Assembly (NCBI RefSeq): GCF_018977255.1
Contig: NW_024704742.1
Location: forward strand, 55,864,001 to 55,924,000
Reading direction: 5' to 3'
Length of the DNA: 60,000 bases
Source of the DNA: Callorhinchus milii
Taxonomy: Eukaryota
Within the stretch, counting starts at the first letter, position 1. Each line of letters begins with the position of its first letter. Shown in pieces: positions 35,856 to 49,464 of the stretch. The position numbers and the translations under genes were made by a program. The notes under the pieces were generated by a model that saw only the letters and a list, made by a program, of their open reading frames with translations, ran no database searches and was not told the origin of the DNA.

Positions 35856-37477
35856 TAAATTAATGTATCAAATTAGCTACATTTCAAACAGCTTCCATTA
35901 GTTTGATAGTACAGGCTACCCTTCATGAGAACTGAATATGTGCAAGGGATATGAAAGATGCATTGTATATAATACAGTTGCCTCCCAAGTACTCTACTTT
36001 CTTCTTTTTCTACTTGTTTCTACGTGAACATCAATCATGCCAATTCAGATTGTTTCATTCAACCAATGATGCTGACCTCCATCCTTGTTTTGGATCACCT
36101 ATTACATTCTCTATAATAATATTTAGAACACACCTAATATTGATGGATAAAGAAGACAAGTTCCATATTAATCTGGGGATCAATACCATTCTAGGATATC
36201 AGAACATCCTCACTCTAATCCTGACTTGAGAGCTTGCATTCAGTCAGTAGTGTAAACATGTAGTTTCTCAAAGTGTATAAGTTTCTATGCTTTAGATATT
36301 CACTATTTATTTGGTACCATGACATGCCCCATTCATCTGCTCTATGTGTGAAGTAGTCATCAATAAATAAACACATACCTCAAAATTAAAGGGTATATTA
36401 CATCGAACACAATAATATTAGGTAACAAAGATCAATGTTTTAGAAGACTTTCTCTACTGTTCTTATTTCATTAGGCACCACTGTTCACTGATGTCTCTTG
36501 GAAAGATGCTTGTGGTTCATTTTAAAAGTTTACCATATTCAAAGTCAATGGACTTCAAGTCAATTGACATTCCATATCATATCTAGTTACAATTGCTTGC
36601 AGTACTGCCAACATTGTTGGGAGCATTGGTGCCATGCCTTTTAGAAATAGTTCATACCAACAACTGAATAGTAATAGAGAACTGTACATCAACTGTCAAG
36701 GTGTCACCATGAAGGTTGTGAATCTCCCTCTGGCAGTGCCGCACTCACTAAACATCACATTATATGCTTGTCATGTTTCAGTGCAAATTCAACAAGGGTC
36801 ATCTATCTTCTTCATTGTGGCTTATTAGATATGCCTCTGAATCAGAGTCCAAAAGGTTTGTCAGAGGTCAATCTGTTGACTTTCAAACTGAATGCACAAA
36901 TACTAACCTTCTCTTCTAAGCTGTGAGCACCAGGGAGGCAGCTGGCATTACTCTGAAGCTGTATGAAAAGGTTGATGTGTGTAGAGTGGCGGGATGTCAT
37001 TGAAAGAAAGTGGCAATGAATTATTTGTGCATGTTTTGAGCATGCTTGTCCCTCAAAAACAGATGTTAGAAATAAAAATGGGTGCAAGAAAGATCAACTG
37101 AAATTGTTAATGCCTTGTTAAAGAAGAGGATGTTCCAGGAACTAAGATGACTTCTAAGATGACCTCTAAACAACTTTCAGCAGTTACAAAGGTGCATCAA
37201 CATGTGAGTGCTTTACAGAAATACAGACCTGGCACAGTGAAGAGCATGAAGGTGAAGAAATGTGAATCACAGGCTTAACATGAGAGATGTCTGATCACGC
37301 TCCCAGTAACAAACAGACACATACTGGTGAGGAGAATAAAGTTCATGATTGCAGAGAACACGTGTAATTCATAAATTGCAACACATATAAAAGGGATAGC
37401 AGACTGTTCAATAGAGTTGGCTATCTGAACATGTGGCACTCTGACTGAGGACTAGGGAGTGTCACCAGTTTAGTTCC

Positions 37478-38985
37478 CAACCCCCTAAAAACAGCTGTCA
37501 TCACCCCCAGCTTGAAAAAACCTTCTCTGGACACATTCCTCCTCTCCAGCTACTGCCCCATCTCTAACCTCCCATTCCTCTCCAAGGTCCTGGAATGAGT
37601 CGTCCCAGCTCCGCTCCTTTCTTTCTCGCCATTCCCTCTTGGAACCCCTCCAATCCGGCTTCCGTCCTGCCGACACAGCCCTGGTCAAAGTTACTAATGA
37701 CGTTCTGAACATCTGTGATCAGGGCTCCCTCTGCCTCCTTGTCCTCTTCGACCTCTCCACCGCCTTCAACACTGTCGACCACTCCATCTTCATACACCAC
37801 CTCTCCTCTTTAATTAATCCTTGCGGACCTGCCCTGGTTCGATTCCTATCTCTCTCACCGTCTCCACTTTGTTGCCTCTAACAGTTTCTCCTCCAGCCCC
37901 GCACTGTCACATCTGGCATCCCCCAGGGCTCTGTCCTTGGCCCTCTCCTCTTTAATATCTACATACTCCCCCTTGGTGACATCATCCGCAGACTTGGGGT
38001 CAACTTCCATATGTATACGGATGACACCCAACTCTATCTTTCTGCCTCCACCCTCAACCCCAGGACCGCTGCTGTCCTGACAGACTGTCTGTCGGACATC
38101 AAGTCCTGGATGAGGGCAAATTTCCTACAGTTGAATGTGAACAAGACTGAGGTCCTCCTGATTGGCTCGAGCCAGCGCCTCAGCACCTCAGGCTGTGGCA
38201 GCATCAACCTCCATGGTTGCTCACTACAACTCACCAGCCAGTCAGGAACCGAGGTGTCTTGTTCGGCCCTCAACCGTTTTTTCTTCCCCACATCCAAGCC
38301 ATGACCCGCTCTGCCTTCCCTCACCTCTGTAATATCGCACGACTCCGCCACCACCTCACCCTCAGGCCATTGAAACTTTTGTTCATGCCTTCATCAGCTC
38401 CATGCTTGACTATGCAAATGCCCTGCTTGTCAGCCTTCCCAACTCCTCTCTCCACAGGCTGAAGATAATCCAGAACTCTGCAGCCCGTGTCCTCTCCCGC
38501 ACCAAACTCCATAACCCCATCTCTCCCATTCTCTCCCGAATCCATTGGCTCCCTATCCTTCAGAGGATCCAATTCAGGATCCTGGTCCTTACCTATAAAG
38601 CTCTCCATGGCCTTTCCCCACCATACCTCTGTGACCTCCTAACCCCTTACCAACCCGCCTGTTCCCTCCGCTCAGCCGGCTCTGGCCTGCTCCACCTCCC
38701 CCAACCAACCCGCCCCACCATTGGCGGGAGAGCCTTCAGCCACTCTACCCCCAACCTCTGGAATTCTATCCCCCAATCACTCCACCTCATCCCCTCCTTA
38801 GCCTCCTTCAAGTCCCGCCTCAAGACCCACCTCTTCGACCATGCCAATAGCCACCCCCCTTCCTCTCCCCTCCCCTCTCCCCCCCTGAACCCAGCTTGGA
38901 TCTGAAATGCTGTACACTGTCCAATGCCTTGGGACGTCCTCCCGACGTGAAAGATGCTATACAAATGTAATCTTGTTGTTGTTGT
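37478..38985 (+). mobile_element. 5'-truncated L2 LINE (~1.5 kb)
   Basis: [34 protein letters not shown] and 167-aa C-terminal ORF 38402..38905; (TTG)n tail. Confidence 0.95.
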
Positions 38986-39304
38986 ACTCATCCCCTCAGC
39001 TCTGACTTCATATCATTCTGTCATCTACCTTGATATGTGACCTTGCCCATCTCCTTTGCGCCCCTCATCCACATGATCTTAATGTCAGTTGTTTCTGCCC
39101 TTGACAAGAAATCAGTGTTGGCAACCATGCTGTGCCTTTGATATTGAGAACATCAGACATACTTTTTCACAAATGAGCCTTCACAATGGATGTCAGCATG
39201 GTGCTCGACCACAGAAGGTAATACAGCCAACATCTGGCTAGCCAACACCTGGAAGTACATTAAAATGAAGAGCTTGAATTAGCTTTGTTCTCTTGTCCAT
39301 ATAA

Positions 39305-39640
39305 TAATCCTATAATAATCATTGTATTGAATATGGCCTTTGAAATTGGGCGGATGTCTCAAAGCATTCCACAGAATTTACTGTGAAGTGGAGTGACTGT
39401 GTACTATTTGTAGGAGAACATGACAATCCAATTGTACACGCAGCCAGGAAAAAAATGACTAATTTTATTCGGGGAATTCTTGGCCAGGACACTGGAAGAA
39501 ACTCCCTTCTCTTTACAAGTATTGCCTTGGGATATCCACCTGAACAGGCAAACAGGACTTTGGTTTATCTCATCCTAAAGATGGCACCTCCGACAATGCA
39601 AACCCCGCAGCACTGCAATGGAGAGACGACTTAGATTATG
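39305..39640 (-). mobile_element. Deu-domain SINE
   Basis: TTGGCCAGGACACTGGAAGAAACTCCC...CCACCTGAACAGGC...CTCATCCTAAAGATGGCACCTCCGACAATGCA. Confidence 0.75.
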
Positions 39641-40694
39641 TGTAGGGATGACCTGAGACACATTCAGGTACCTGCAGCATCATATTCTTGAAAACTAAAT
39701 TTAAGTTTCACAGGCAATATTTGCTCCTTTTTCAATGTAAGATCTTCCTTTTGCTTTTATTTGAACCTTCATCAGTTAATATTGAAAATTTCTGTTCTTC
39801 CAAAGATCAACAAAAAAAAACTTTATTTGACAAGTGGAAATTAAGCTCAAAATTAGCCAAAGTAAAAAAAGTTAAAAGAGATGGGAGGGTACTTTATTGT
39901 GGAAAGAAATTACTTGCCTAGATACTCCTCACTATGAAAGGCTAGATTAATAACCTTTTCACTGTTAAGGCACCATAGAGGTCATCTTAATTCCTGACCA
40001 TTCTGCTCTACAAACTCAATTTAAATACCATCAATTTATTAAGTTTGCCAACCATTGTAAATATATGTGTTCTCTTCTGAAAATCTGCAATGCATTAATT
40101 CCAGATTTTCAGGTTTGGCTGTAAATGCATGTATTAAAATATAAAAGTTTTTTGTTGGAAAGTCAAAGTTTTCGTTATGTCACAATTTACATTCTTGGAT
40201 ATTCCTCCTACAGCAAAAATGTTCAAGATACTTTGGGATTATTCTCCCTTGGTTGGAAAATTCACTGACGTTGGCAGTGAGCTGATATTGATCTCTGTAT
40301 ATATATTGAACTTGGCATATTAACCCTGGCTTATTGATCTCTGTGGTGTACGCTTACAAGGGAATTTATATTGGTTATTCTCCATTTGACCCATTATAAA
40401 TCCCATTACAAGGTTAGTTAATGTACCTACCAACAGAAAGAGCCCTTGTTTTTGTCTGTCAATGGCATCATTTCAATTCAGCGAAACAAGATGCAGGAAA
40501 TTCCAAATAATTATTTCAAAATAACACATATTTGCAGAATTGGTTCAAAAAGTTTAGGGGAATCATCATTCCACGAATATCAAAAGACACTATTTATTTT
40601 TTGACATGGTTACCTTTCATGCTCTGTTTGGATGTGCTATTCTAAACAGCAGTAGCTGAAACGTGCTAATTGAAATCTTGCAAGCAGAATTCTG

Positions 40695-40785
40695 TAATAA
40701 TCCTTGCATTTGATATAGTGCTTTTCACGTCTTCTCGACATCTCAAAGCGCTTCACAGAATGGACGGTAAAGTGAATTGTGGGTG
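40695..40785 (-). mobile_element. SINE 3' fragment
   Basis: TAATCCTTGCATTTGATATAGTGCTTTTCACGTC tail. Confidence 0.8.
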
Positions 40786-41754
40786 AAAATGTAAATGCAT
40801 TTATATGAATCAGAAATTGTTGAGTAAAAGCAGTCATTAATACTACATATTCATTGCAGATCAGATTGAAAAATACATTTGCTTGATAAAAGAATGAATA
40901 ATGCAAATGCTTTTGCTAACATACAGTATTTTGTCAAAAGCCTGAATGTTAAATGGTGCACTTCAATGTTTATTGTCTGAAACTGAACCACAAGGATGGC
41001 ATATAAATCCCCAAAGTGCCAATACTCCTTGTTTTTTTGTTATCCTTCAAAATCATTATTTTATGAAAAAAAGACTGCTTTGCTGGATAAAGCCACAAAT
41101 TGGCTTAAGCATTTTTTTTAAAAAATGTGTATAATTGTTGTTTTATATTTCCAATATTCATTTATATTAATCACAGCTGTCAAAGTAATCCAGTAGATGC
41201 CTATTAATAGGAACATCCCTGTATGCAGAAAATGCTGTCTTCATCCATATGCCCCTATTGAGAAAATACTATTCATTGCATGAGGTATTAATTGGTGATT
41301 GAAAAAAATATTTTCATTAACTAAGTGCCTATTAACTGCCCTGTAATTTAAATATTATAGCTTTATATGTCACTTGAAACTGCAACCTACTTTGGTATAA
41401 ATTAATCTATTTGTCTTAAAATATTGATTTTAAATGTTTTATTTCACCTTCTGATGCTAATTAGCATAAAATTAATTAGCTCTAAATGGAGCTTTGCGAT
41501 GTATCTGCTATCACACCATTTACTTTCTCTACCCTTGTGTTGGTATCTTGCAGCTCACGATATTCATCATTCACATTTGTCCTATGCAGCAGGAGAAACA
41601 AAAGACATACTGACTTTGGAAAACTCAACATATTTGTAATTTATTTCCAATGAAATCATATGTACACTAAATATTTGTGTAGATAGTTTTTGTCATACTC
41701 TTTCACCATAAAGCCAGAACAAATATTTATTAATCATTCATTATATTTAGATGC

Positions 41755-42258
41755 CAGCTTGGCTCATTTAGTACCCACTTGCCTCAGAAGATTGTGGGTT
41801 CAAGCCCCACGTCAGGACTTGGAACTCATACACTCCAATGCAGTGCTGGGATCTGTTGCATTGTCGGAGGTAGTGTCCTTTGGCTGAGAAATTAAACCAA
41901 AGTGCCAACTGCCTGTTCAGGTAGACCGTTAAAGATCTCGTGGTACTATTCGAACAGAGAAGGGAGTTCCTCCCAGTGTCAATAACAACAATAACAACAA
42001 CAACAACTTGGATTTACATAGCGCCCTCCACGCCGGACGACATCTCAGAGCGCTTTAGAGTCCTAGACAACAATCCATCAAATAAAATTGGATACTGATT
42101 TCATAGCTGTTTGTCGGACATTGCTGTGCACAAATTGACTGCTGTGTTTGCCTACAAAATACACAGTAACTACACTTTAAGGTAAATCATGTGAAGCACT
42201 TGGAGATATACTCCTGACATGAAAGATGCGATATCACATGCAAGTGTTAATTTATTAT
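41755..42258 (+). mobile_element. Near full-length Deu-domain SINE with nested antisense L2-tail insertion (41981-42056)
   Basis: tRNA-like head (GGGTTCAAGCCCC B box), Deu domain and tail. The (CAA)n insertion is flanked by AGTGTC/AGAGTC. Confidence 0.8.
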
Positions 42259-42954
42259 TACCTGTCTCCTGTGTAATTGCTAATTTTCCAACAAATTTTT
42301 ATTTGTAAGATTTTATAACAGTAAACCCTATGGTTGCTGACTTTTCTTTGCACGTTAACGTTTAAGCAATGCTGATATATTTGGTGCTCACATTGATAAT
42401 AATGATATGGGTTTTCAACAACAATGTGTACCTCTGGGTCAAGCATTGATGCAAATGTTAGCTTTGGATATCACAATTGGGGTATTTTTCTCCTGAGAGT
42501 CTTATGTTTGTTTAGAAAGAAATTGGGTGATAAATCGGGTTAGTTTCTGAAAACAAGTATTTTCTGCTGAGTGGACCCATGCTGCCAGCGTTTCAGAAGC
42601 TGGCACCGGCAGTGTGAAGCATTAAATGTCCCTATAATGAGCAGTTAATGCTTCTATTAGTCCATACAAAAAAGAAACGTGCCCAATCTGGAGGAAATCA
42701 GCGTGTGATATTGTGCCCAGACAGGAGAAAAACACTGGAAAATATTACAAGAAGATGAATTTTCAGAAAGGCTGATGCTTTTGTTTAATGTTACATTTTG
42801 TGAATCTTTATTTTCATGTATTCCACTTGCCCTTGAGGCTATTTTTGCTTATAAAAGGAAGAAAATTGACCTGATATTTTATGTGATATCAATTATGCTA
42901 CAGCTGACGCCTGATCCGTATTTGTTGTCAGCATCATTCCTATTTGTTGTTAAC

Positions 42955-43430
42955 ATCAACAACAATAAATAACAAATTGCATTTATATAGTACCTTGTAT
43001 GTCAGGAAGATGTCCCAAGGTACTGGAAAGTTGAGGATTCACACTCGAGCAGGGAATTAGATTGGGGATGGGTGGAAGCCAAAATGAGCAGGGATGGGGG
43101 GAAAGATGACTGAAGGTTTGGTCAAAGAGGAAGGTCTTGAGATGGACCTTGAAGGAGGTGAGGGAGGAGGACTCCAGGATGGAGTTCCACAAAGTGAAGG
43201 CAGATGCACTAAAAGTTATACCACCTAAGGTGGGAGAGGCAGGGCGGGGGACGTGAAGCAGGCCAGTGCCTACCGAGCAGAGGGGTAAAAAAAAACACAG
43301 GCAGGGTAGGGCAAGAGTTTTAAAAGTGAGAACGAGGATCTTTAACTCGATCCGCTGAGGGATAGGGAGCCAGTGGAACCGGCAAGATTGGGGGTGATAG
43401 GCTCGTGAAGCCTGGTGTGGGAGAGGACAA
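42955..43430 (-). mobile_element. L2 3' fragment
   Basis: FHWLPIPQRIELKILVLTFK...LWNS...FKVHLKTFLF. Confidence 0.88.
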
Positions 43431-43727
43431 ACATTATTGATTTCATAAGCAGTCGGGTACATCACAGTGTTAAGACACCTTTGTCAGTTGACAGAAAAAA
43501 TATGTGAACCATAATCCTCATGCCCTTTGGGCACGCTTTCAAGCTGCTGCTGTTATTTTAGCACCACAATGTAATGCAGGGGTTGGTGAATAGCCGCACA
43601 ACCTGCTGATAATTAAATGGAACCATTCAACCCTCCATAATGAGCATTTCAAAAGCCTTTCAAAACAGCTCAACATTTCTTTACAATCTAAGCCATATGA
43701 GGCCCAGGCAACTTCACAGGAAGTTGA

Positions 43728-44122
43728 AACATAGAAATCTAAAGTACAGAAGGAGATCATTTGACCCATCAGGTTCGCACTGGCTCACAGAGCATGGAGA
43801 TCAATTTAATCCCACCACCCCACCTTATCCCCATACCCTTCAAGTCCCTCTCTTTCATATGCCTGTCAACTTTCCTCTTGAAAATTACAATGAACTCCTC
43901 CTCCACCACCCTAATCGGCAGGATATCCTACGTCCAATAACTCTCCGGGTGAAAAAAAAACCTTTAAAGTTCTCCTTTTGCTGTTCTTGTGATCTTATAA
44001 TTATGTTCCCTCATCACTGACTCCCCTATCAGTGGAAATACTTCTCCCTATTTACCCTGTCAAAATCCTGCATAATTTTGTACAGCTCTGTCAGGTCCCC
44101 CTCAGTCTTCTCTGCTCCATCT
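43728..44122 (-). mobile_element. CR1 3' end
   Basis: Minus strand GAGAAGACTGAGGGGGACCTGA (RRLRGDL), FFTRRV motif and CR1-type terminus. Confidence 0.8.
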
Positions 44123-44654
44123 AAAATCTCTAAAATATCAAAATTTCCTAATTTTAATACAGACATATTCCTGATATCCTTCATGCTGAATCAAGCTTGT
44201 ACAATATGGATATATTGAGCCATTTTAAAATCTCTGAAGGTATTGTGTATCTGTGCGAATATGCAGAAAATGTGTACCCACCAATACTGTCAGATAAGAA
44301 AACTCCTCTGTACCACTGACTTCTAGCATGGTGGATGATATATTTCCTTTTGTTTAGCTGACTAACTCCAGGTCTGAGCTGGGATGACACTGATTATTAA
44401 TGAACTTTCTAAGCTGTTGAACTTGGCCTTAATGACTTTATGACATCCCCTTAAAAGCTAAATGTCTTATTTTCCCTCAAATCATTTATACTCTTTGTTT
44501 TCTATAACTAGAATCCTGTGAGTAACACTCAACGATTTGTTTGCCCGATATTCCACACTATTTATTTTCCTGGCCTTTCCTCCTGACCACTCAGCTCCCT
44601 CCCCCAGCTCGGGCTTGCAGTCAGCTGCGTGAAGCGATTTGAGATGTCCTCCCA

Positions 44655-45290
44655 ATAACAACAACAACAACTTGCACTTATACAGCGCCCTCCACGAAGA
44701 GTAGCATCTCAGAGCACTTAATAATAATAATAATAATAATAATCCTTGCATTTGATATAGCGCTTTTCACGTCAGGAGGACATCCCAAAGCGCTTCACAG
44801 AATATACTGTAAAGTGAATTGACTGTATATTTGTGGGCGAACGCGGCAGACAATTGCGCACAGCAATGTCCCACAGAGGCAGAGCCTGACTCCGAGCCAG
44901 GGGGAGGGGGGAGGTGGCTATAAGCACTGTCGAACAGGAAAGTTTTCAGGCTGGATTCGAAAGAGGGGAGACAGGGGGCAATGCGGAGGGATTGAGGGAG
45001 AGTGTCCAGAGTTTGGGGGCATAGTGGCTGAAAGCGCGACCTCCAATGGTGGGGCAGAGGGTGCGAGGGATGAGCAGGAGACCCGTGTCAGTAGAGCGGA
45101 GGGGCCAGGTGGTGGATTGGGGAGTGAGGAGGACGGAGAGGTAGGGAGGTGCAAGAGAGTGAAGCAATTTGAACATGAGTGTGAGGATCTTGAAATCTAT
45201 CCCGTTCTGTGATGGGGAGCCAGTGGAGCCTGACTGGTGAAATATGGGTACGGAATTTGGTCCAGGTTAGTATGCAAACGGTAGAGTTTT
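44655..45290 (-). mobile_element. L2 3' fragment interrupted by a 5'-truncated SINE (44720-44876)
   Basis: (CAA)n tail at 44655; peptides LHWLPITER and IGGRAFSHYAPKLW. Confidence 0.85.
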
Positions 45291-46359
45291 GAATGAACGG
45301 CAGAGTTTTGAATGCACAATACTCCCAACTTGAAAGGCGAAATATAAACATGAATTGTTTGTTGTTGTTATTGTCTACATATTATGTCAACAATAATAAA
45401 CACAGGAATTTTGCCCTCACACTTTGTTAGCTGCTTCGGCTTTTACTTGCAAAAGACATATCAGTGCTCGTGAATTATGAGTTGGCAAATCTTCCCTCTA
45501 ATTTGCCATTCATTACCATACCATAATCACTATGAGCATGACCATCAATAAATTATTTCTAGCACATCCAATGCACATTTTAAACAATTATAATAATCCT
45601 GTTTACTTGATGAAAGGATTTGCTGTAAATTCTTACAATATTTTCAATCAAGTCTGTGGATAAGCTCTCGTCCATTTATGTTGGCATTCTGCTATCAAAT
45701 GCTTGTCAGCAGCCAGTACTGTGCCTGTGTTCTGTTGGCCTGATCATTTTTCTGCAACTTGTCTTTCAGAAATACTTGCTGTGTTGTCAATCTTCTCAAT
45801 CCGAAAATGTCTCACTTTTCCACTTACACTTCCTTGGATTCAGTTTCTTAAGCTTCGGGCTTTGAAACCTTGCATGTCAGTTCAACATCTTTTAACCTCA
45901 ACATCTCGTGGAGTTGCTAATAATTTGGAAACACAACGGGAGAGGAAATAAACATTTTCTTATGCTTGTTGTGTTCAAGACCACAAAGCTAAAATACTTG
46001 TGATGCTCACTGGTTTTGGCAATAAAACTACAGGTTGGCCAAAATTCATTGTAATTGGGAAGTCATTTTACAAAAAAAACACATCACTCTTCAGGTATCT
46101 GACAGCGATCAATGTGTGAGACTTTCCTGCACCACTGTGTCCTCCCACACACAAAGAAATCGGATCACACAGTCGATTGGAGCAATACCAATGGACAGCA
46201 AGTAATCAAAGCACTGTCTACTGTCAGCCCACAGGGCGCCAGTGAAGGTTGTGGAATGTGCTCTTTCACATGCACTTGAGCATATAAGTTGGACACTGCA
46301 GTGCAAAGAGACCAAAAANTACAGCTAAGATGAAACATAAAAAAACAATCTTGTAGCGT

Positions 46360-46657
46360 CCCCGGTTTCTGATACATGCGGAAACCCATCAACATCGTTA
46401 AAAGAGTATCCAAACCAGACTTAGAGAGTCACATATGTATGACACCTAGACATGGAAATTCCCGTGTATGAAATGGAATGCGTACTCTCTTTCCCCGAAG
46501 GGATGAATCATGCCTTACCTAATACCGAAGAGTATTAGGCAAGAGCAAGGTTTGGGGACCCCAGAATGTGCGTTGGGGTTCTGCTGGAGTCCAAACAGCA
46601 TGACCACCCTAGCTGTTGGGCTTTGGCTAGCAGGTTTAACAGGAGCTAAGTGGGATG
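46360..46657 (+). repeat. Family X copy (divergent, with an internal deletion)
   Basis: GAGTATCCAAACCAGAC...CATGGAAATTCC...CTTACCTAATAC...AGTATTAGGC...CTGCTGGAGTC...GACCACCCTAG...TTAACAGGAGCT. Confidence 0.8.
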
Positions 46658-46658
46658 A

Positions 46659-47003
46659 TAATAATAATCCTTGCATTTGGTACAGTGCCTTATCACGTCT
46701 TCGTAAAATGAATTGACTGTATATTTTGTGGGTGAAGTGCGGCAGCCAATTGTGCACAGCAGTCCCACAGTTGTGACTTGAGTGACCAAATTCTTATTGT
46801 TTCTATTTACTTATTTTTTTGAAGGAATTATTATCCCCAAAAAGGGTTCCGCCAATCAACTAACAACCAGGTTCCTACTTTAAGCTAGGTGAACAGAAGT
46901 GTGTGGAGTAAGGAAACTTGCCTAAGGTTTCGCTCCATCGGGAATCGAACCCTGGTCCTCTCGCTTGTGAGGTGAGTGCTCTAACCAATATGCTACAGGA
47001 CTT
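46659..47003 (-). mobile_element. Full-length tRNA-derived SINE (long subtype)
   Basis: Tail at 46659; head GGGAATCGAACCCTGG...TGCTACAGGAC. Confidence 0.88.
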
Positions 47004-47164
47004 CAAATTGAGGAGTTGTTCGAGGGGATTTCCCATTAAGAAGTACAGGATTTTTAGTACCAAGTATATTTTACCCACAATATTTACCAAAAAAATATAT
47101 ATTGAGCTTATGTGGTGCATTTCATCTCCCATTGAGACCAGAGTGATAAATGAAAATGATACTA

Positions 47165-47745
47165 GGAGAGGGAGCAGTGAACAGAGGTCATTTGTGGATC
47201 TCTTGCTGTTCATAGTATTCAAAAATAAATTGGAGGAGAGGATTTTTAATAGGATTATAACATTTGCTGCTGGTACTAAGCTGTGTGTGGCCAGGTGACT
47301 AACATGAGCAAGATAAATAGCATTCAAGAACAACTGGACCAATTGAGCAGATGGTTCTAAGTAGTGGCAGATGGTTTTAATGTGGATAACCATAAGTTAA
47401 TGCTTTGTTGAACTGACAGCTGGAAGCATGCATAGAAAATAAAATGGTGTCCATATTTGCAGGTGGAAACGGATTTTGGGTGTCATTATTGATCTTATAT
47501 CTCAATGGCACTTGACTATAAATTGAAAGGAATTATTCTGACCTTGTATAGGTCACAGGTGAGGCCATATTTGAAATACAGTAATGTGTGCAGTTTTGGA
47601 TACTCTCCTTTCAAAAGAACATTATGAGGAAAGGCACATATAATTCAACTTGCTTTCAAGAGAAAATGTTGAAGAGAAGCATGATCCAGTTGTCTTAAAT
47701 GCAGAGAGACAAAGGTGATATGATTGATATGAATAAATAAATGAG
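47165..47745 (+). mobile_element. Degraded CR1 RT fragment
   Basis: LLLFIVFKNKLEE...ITFAAGTKL (degenerate FADDTKL), with a VRPxLxY...VQFW-like stretch downstream. Confidence 0.7.
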
Positions 47746-48669
47746 GGGTGTACTCGTTGGCCCAGACTGCTCTCCTTATCAGCATGAAGGTCACTGCAGT
47801 CCTAAGATTCACATCCTTCCAATATCTGGTAACAATTAATGATCCATATTTACAATCAATCCTAGTTAATCACCTCACAATCATAAAGCTCTTTTAAAAC
47901 TTGAGGTGAGTTGTTATTCCGTGAATCAGCATTGAACCCAAATTCTTTTGACAAACTTAGCCAGGCCGACACAAATAGCCACAATCAATCTAAAAAGGAA
48001 GCCTCTACTGAACAATGCCTCTCAGCCTCTTCCACGATCTATACACACTGTCCACATCTCGTAATTTCTCCAGCTTCCTACTTCCTGAAAATATTTTTGG
48101 AAGTCTTATGCATTTGATATAGTTCCTTATCACATTGTCAACTCATCTCAAAGCGATTCACAGATTACAGTGTGAAATGATGTGATTCTGCAGTCCATAA
48201 ACTTGCATCAAATGACTTAGTGTAAGTGGAGACACACACATGACTTCTTCATGTTGAAGTCTGAATAGCTGACAAGAGAGCTCATATTAAATGAACTTGA
48301 TGGAAATGCTCCATGGAGTCATATTCCAGGCTGCAATTCTTTAAGTTAATGATTGCACCTTGAATAGCCCTTTCAGAATAATACTATGGAATTAGTGACA
48401 AAATAAGAGAGAATTATTTAATGAGCTTTCCATGGTTACATGCTAGCTCAAGGAAATTAATCCTTGCTCATTGCCAGCATCAAATACCTAGATCAGATAT
48501 AGTATTGGTTTGATATCCACATTGTCAGGGAAGAATAGAGAGTTTTCCTCAGCAGGTGACAATAAAAAGATTAAATAATCCTTAAATTTGATACGGTGTC
48601 TTTCAAATTAAGAGTTGTCTTAAAGTGCTTCACAGGATTTACTGTTTCTGTACATTTGAAGTTAATGTA

Positions 48670-49277
48670 TTTCACCTTCAAAGCCCTCCATGGTCTTGCT
48701 GCTTCCTACCTCTGTAACTTGAATGCCATATTGACCTATCCGCTCAGCAGGCTCCAACCTGTTCCATATCCCCTGCCTGGCCTGCCCCATGATCGGCAGT
48801 CGGGGCTTCAGCCTCTCTGCCTCAACCCTTTGGAACCCCATCCTACAGCCCCTTACCCTTGTTTTTCTCTTTGACCGAGTCTTCAGCTCCCCTCTCGACT
48901 CTCTTCCCCCTTCTCGCTCCCTCCCATCCCTCCCCTCACCCTGACCATTTCCCCCCTCCTCGCTCCCTCCCCTCCCCTCACCCTGACCATTTCCCCCCTG
49001 CTCGGGTCATGACCCAACTGTGCAGCACCTTGGGACGTCCTCCTGACGTGAAAGGCGCTTTATAAATGAAATCTTGTTGTTGTTGTTGTTGTTGTTCCCT
49101 CTTTGCCTCCTTCAAGGCACATTTCAAGACCCTCCACTTCGACCATGCCTTGAGCCACCCTCCTTCCCCTACCCTCCCTGCCCTCAGCCCCTCCTGGTCC
49201 AAATCCCTGACTGTTCAGGGCCTAGGGACATCCTCTCAACATGAAAGGCGCTGTACAAATGTAATTTATTGTTGTTG
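48670..49277 (+). mobile_element. L2 3' fragment with a second L2 3' end nested inside (48867-49098)
   Basis: FTFKALHGLAASYL, two (TTG)n tails, and CTCTTTG at both junctions. Confidence 0.8.
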
Positions 49278-49464
49278 AAATCTTTGTAGGTGACTTGTAA
49301 CTGTATATTTTGAAGATGGACATTCAGTCAATTTGCAAAGAACAAACAGGCACAATGTGAATGACCAACCTTACTTCAGCAATTGTTGGCCAGGAAATCA
49401 TGAGACACTCTCTTCAAATTGTGCCATGGGTTTAATGTCTAAATAAAATCTCACAAACTTTAAA

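Noticed and set aside
38402..38905. 167-aa ORF, and similar long ORFs at 21364-21987, 27256-27771, 29071-29670 and 34221-34682
   Set aside because: Fragments or shifted frames of 5'-truncated L2/CR1 ORF2 with no endonuclease domain; not host genes or active elements.
46095..46320. GC-richer unique block with partial CTCF-like (CCACAGGGCGCC) and REST-like (GGACAGC) words, and an N at 46319
   Set aside because: The motifs are incomplete, translations match nothing I recognise, and the N is just an ambiguous base.
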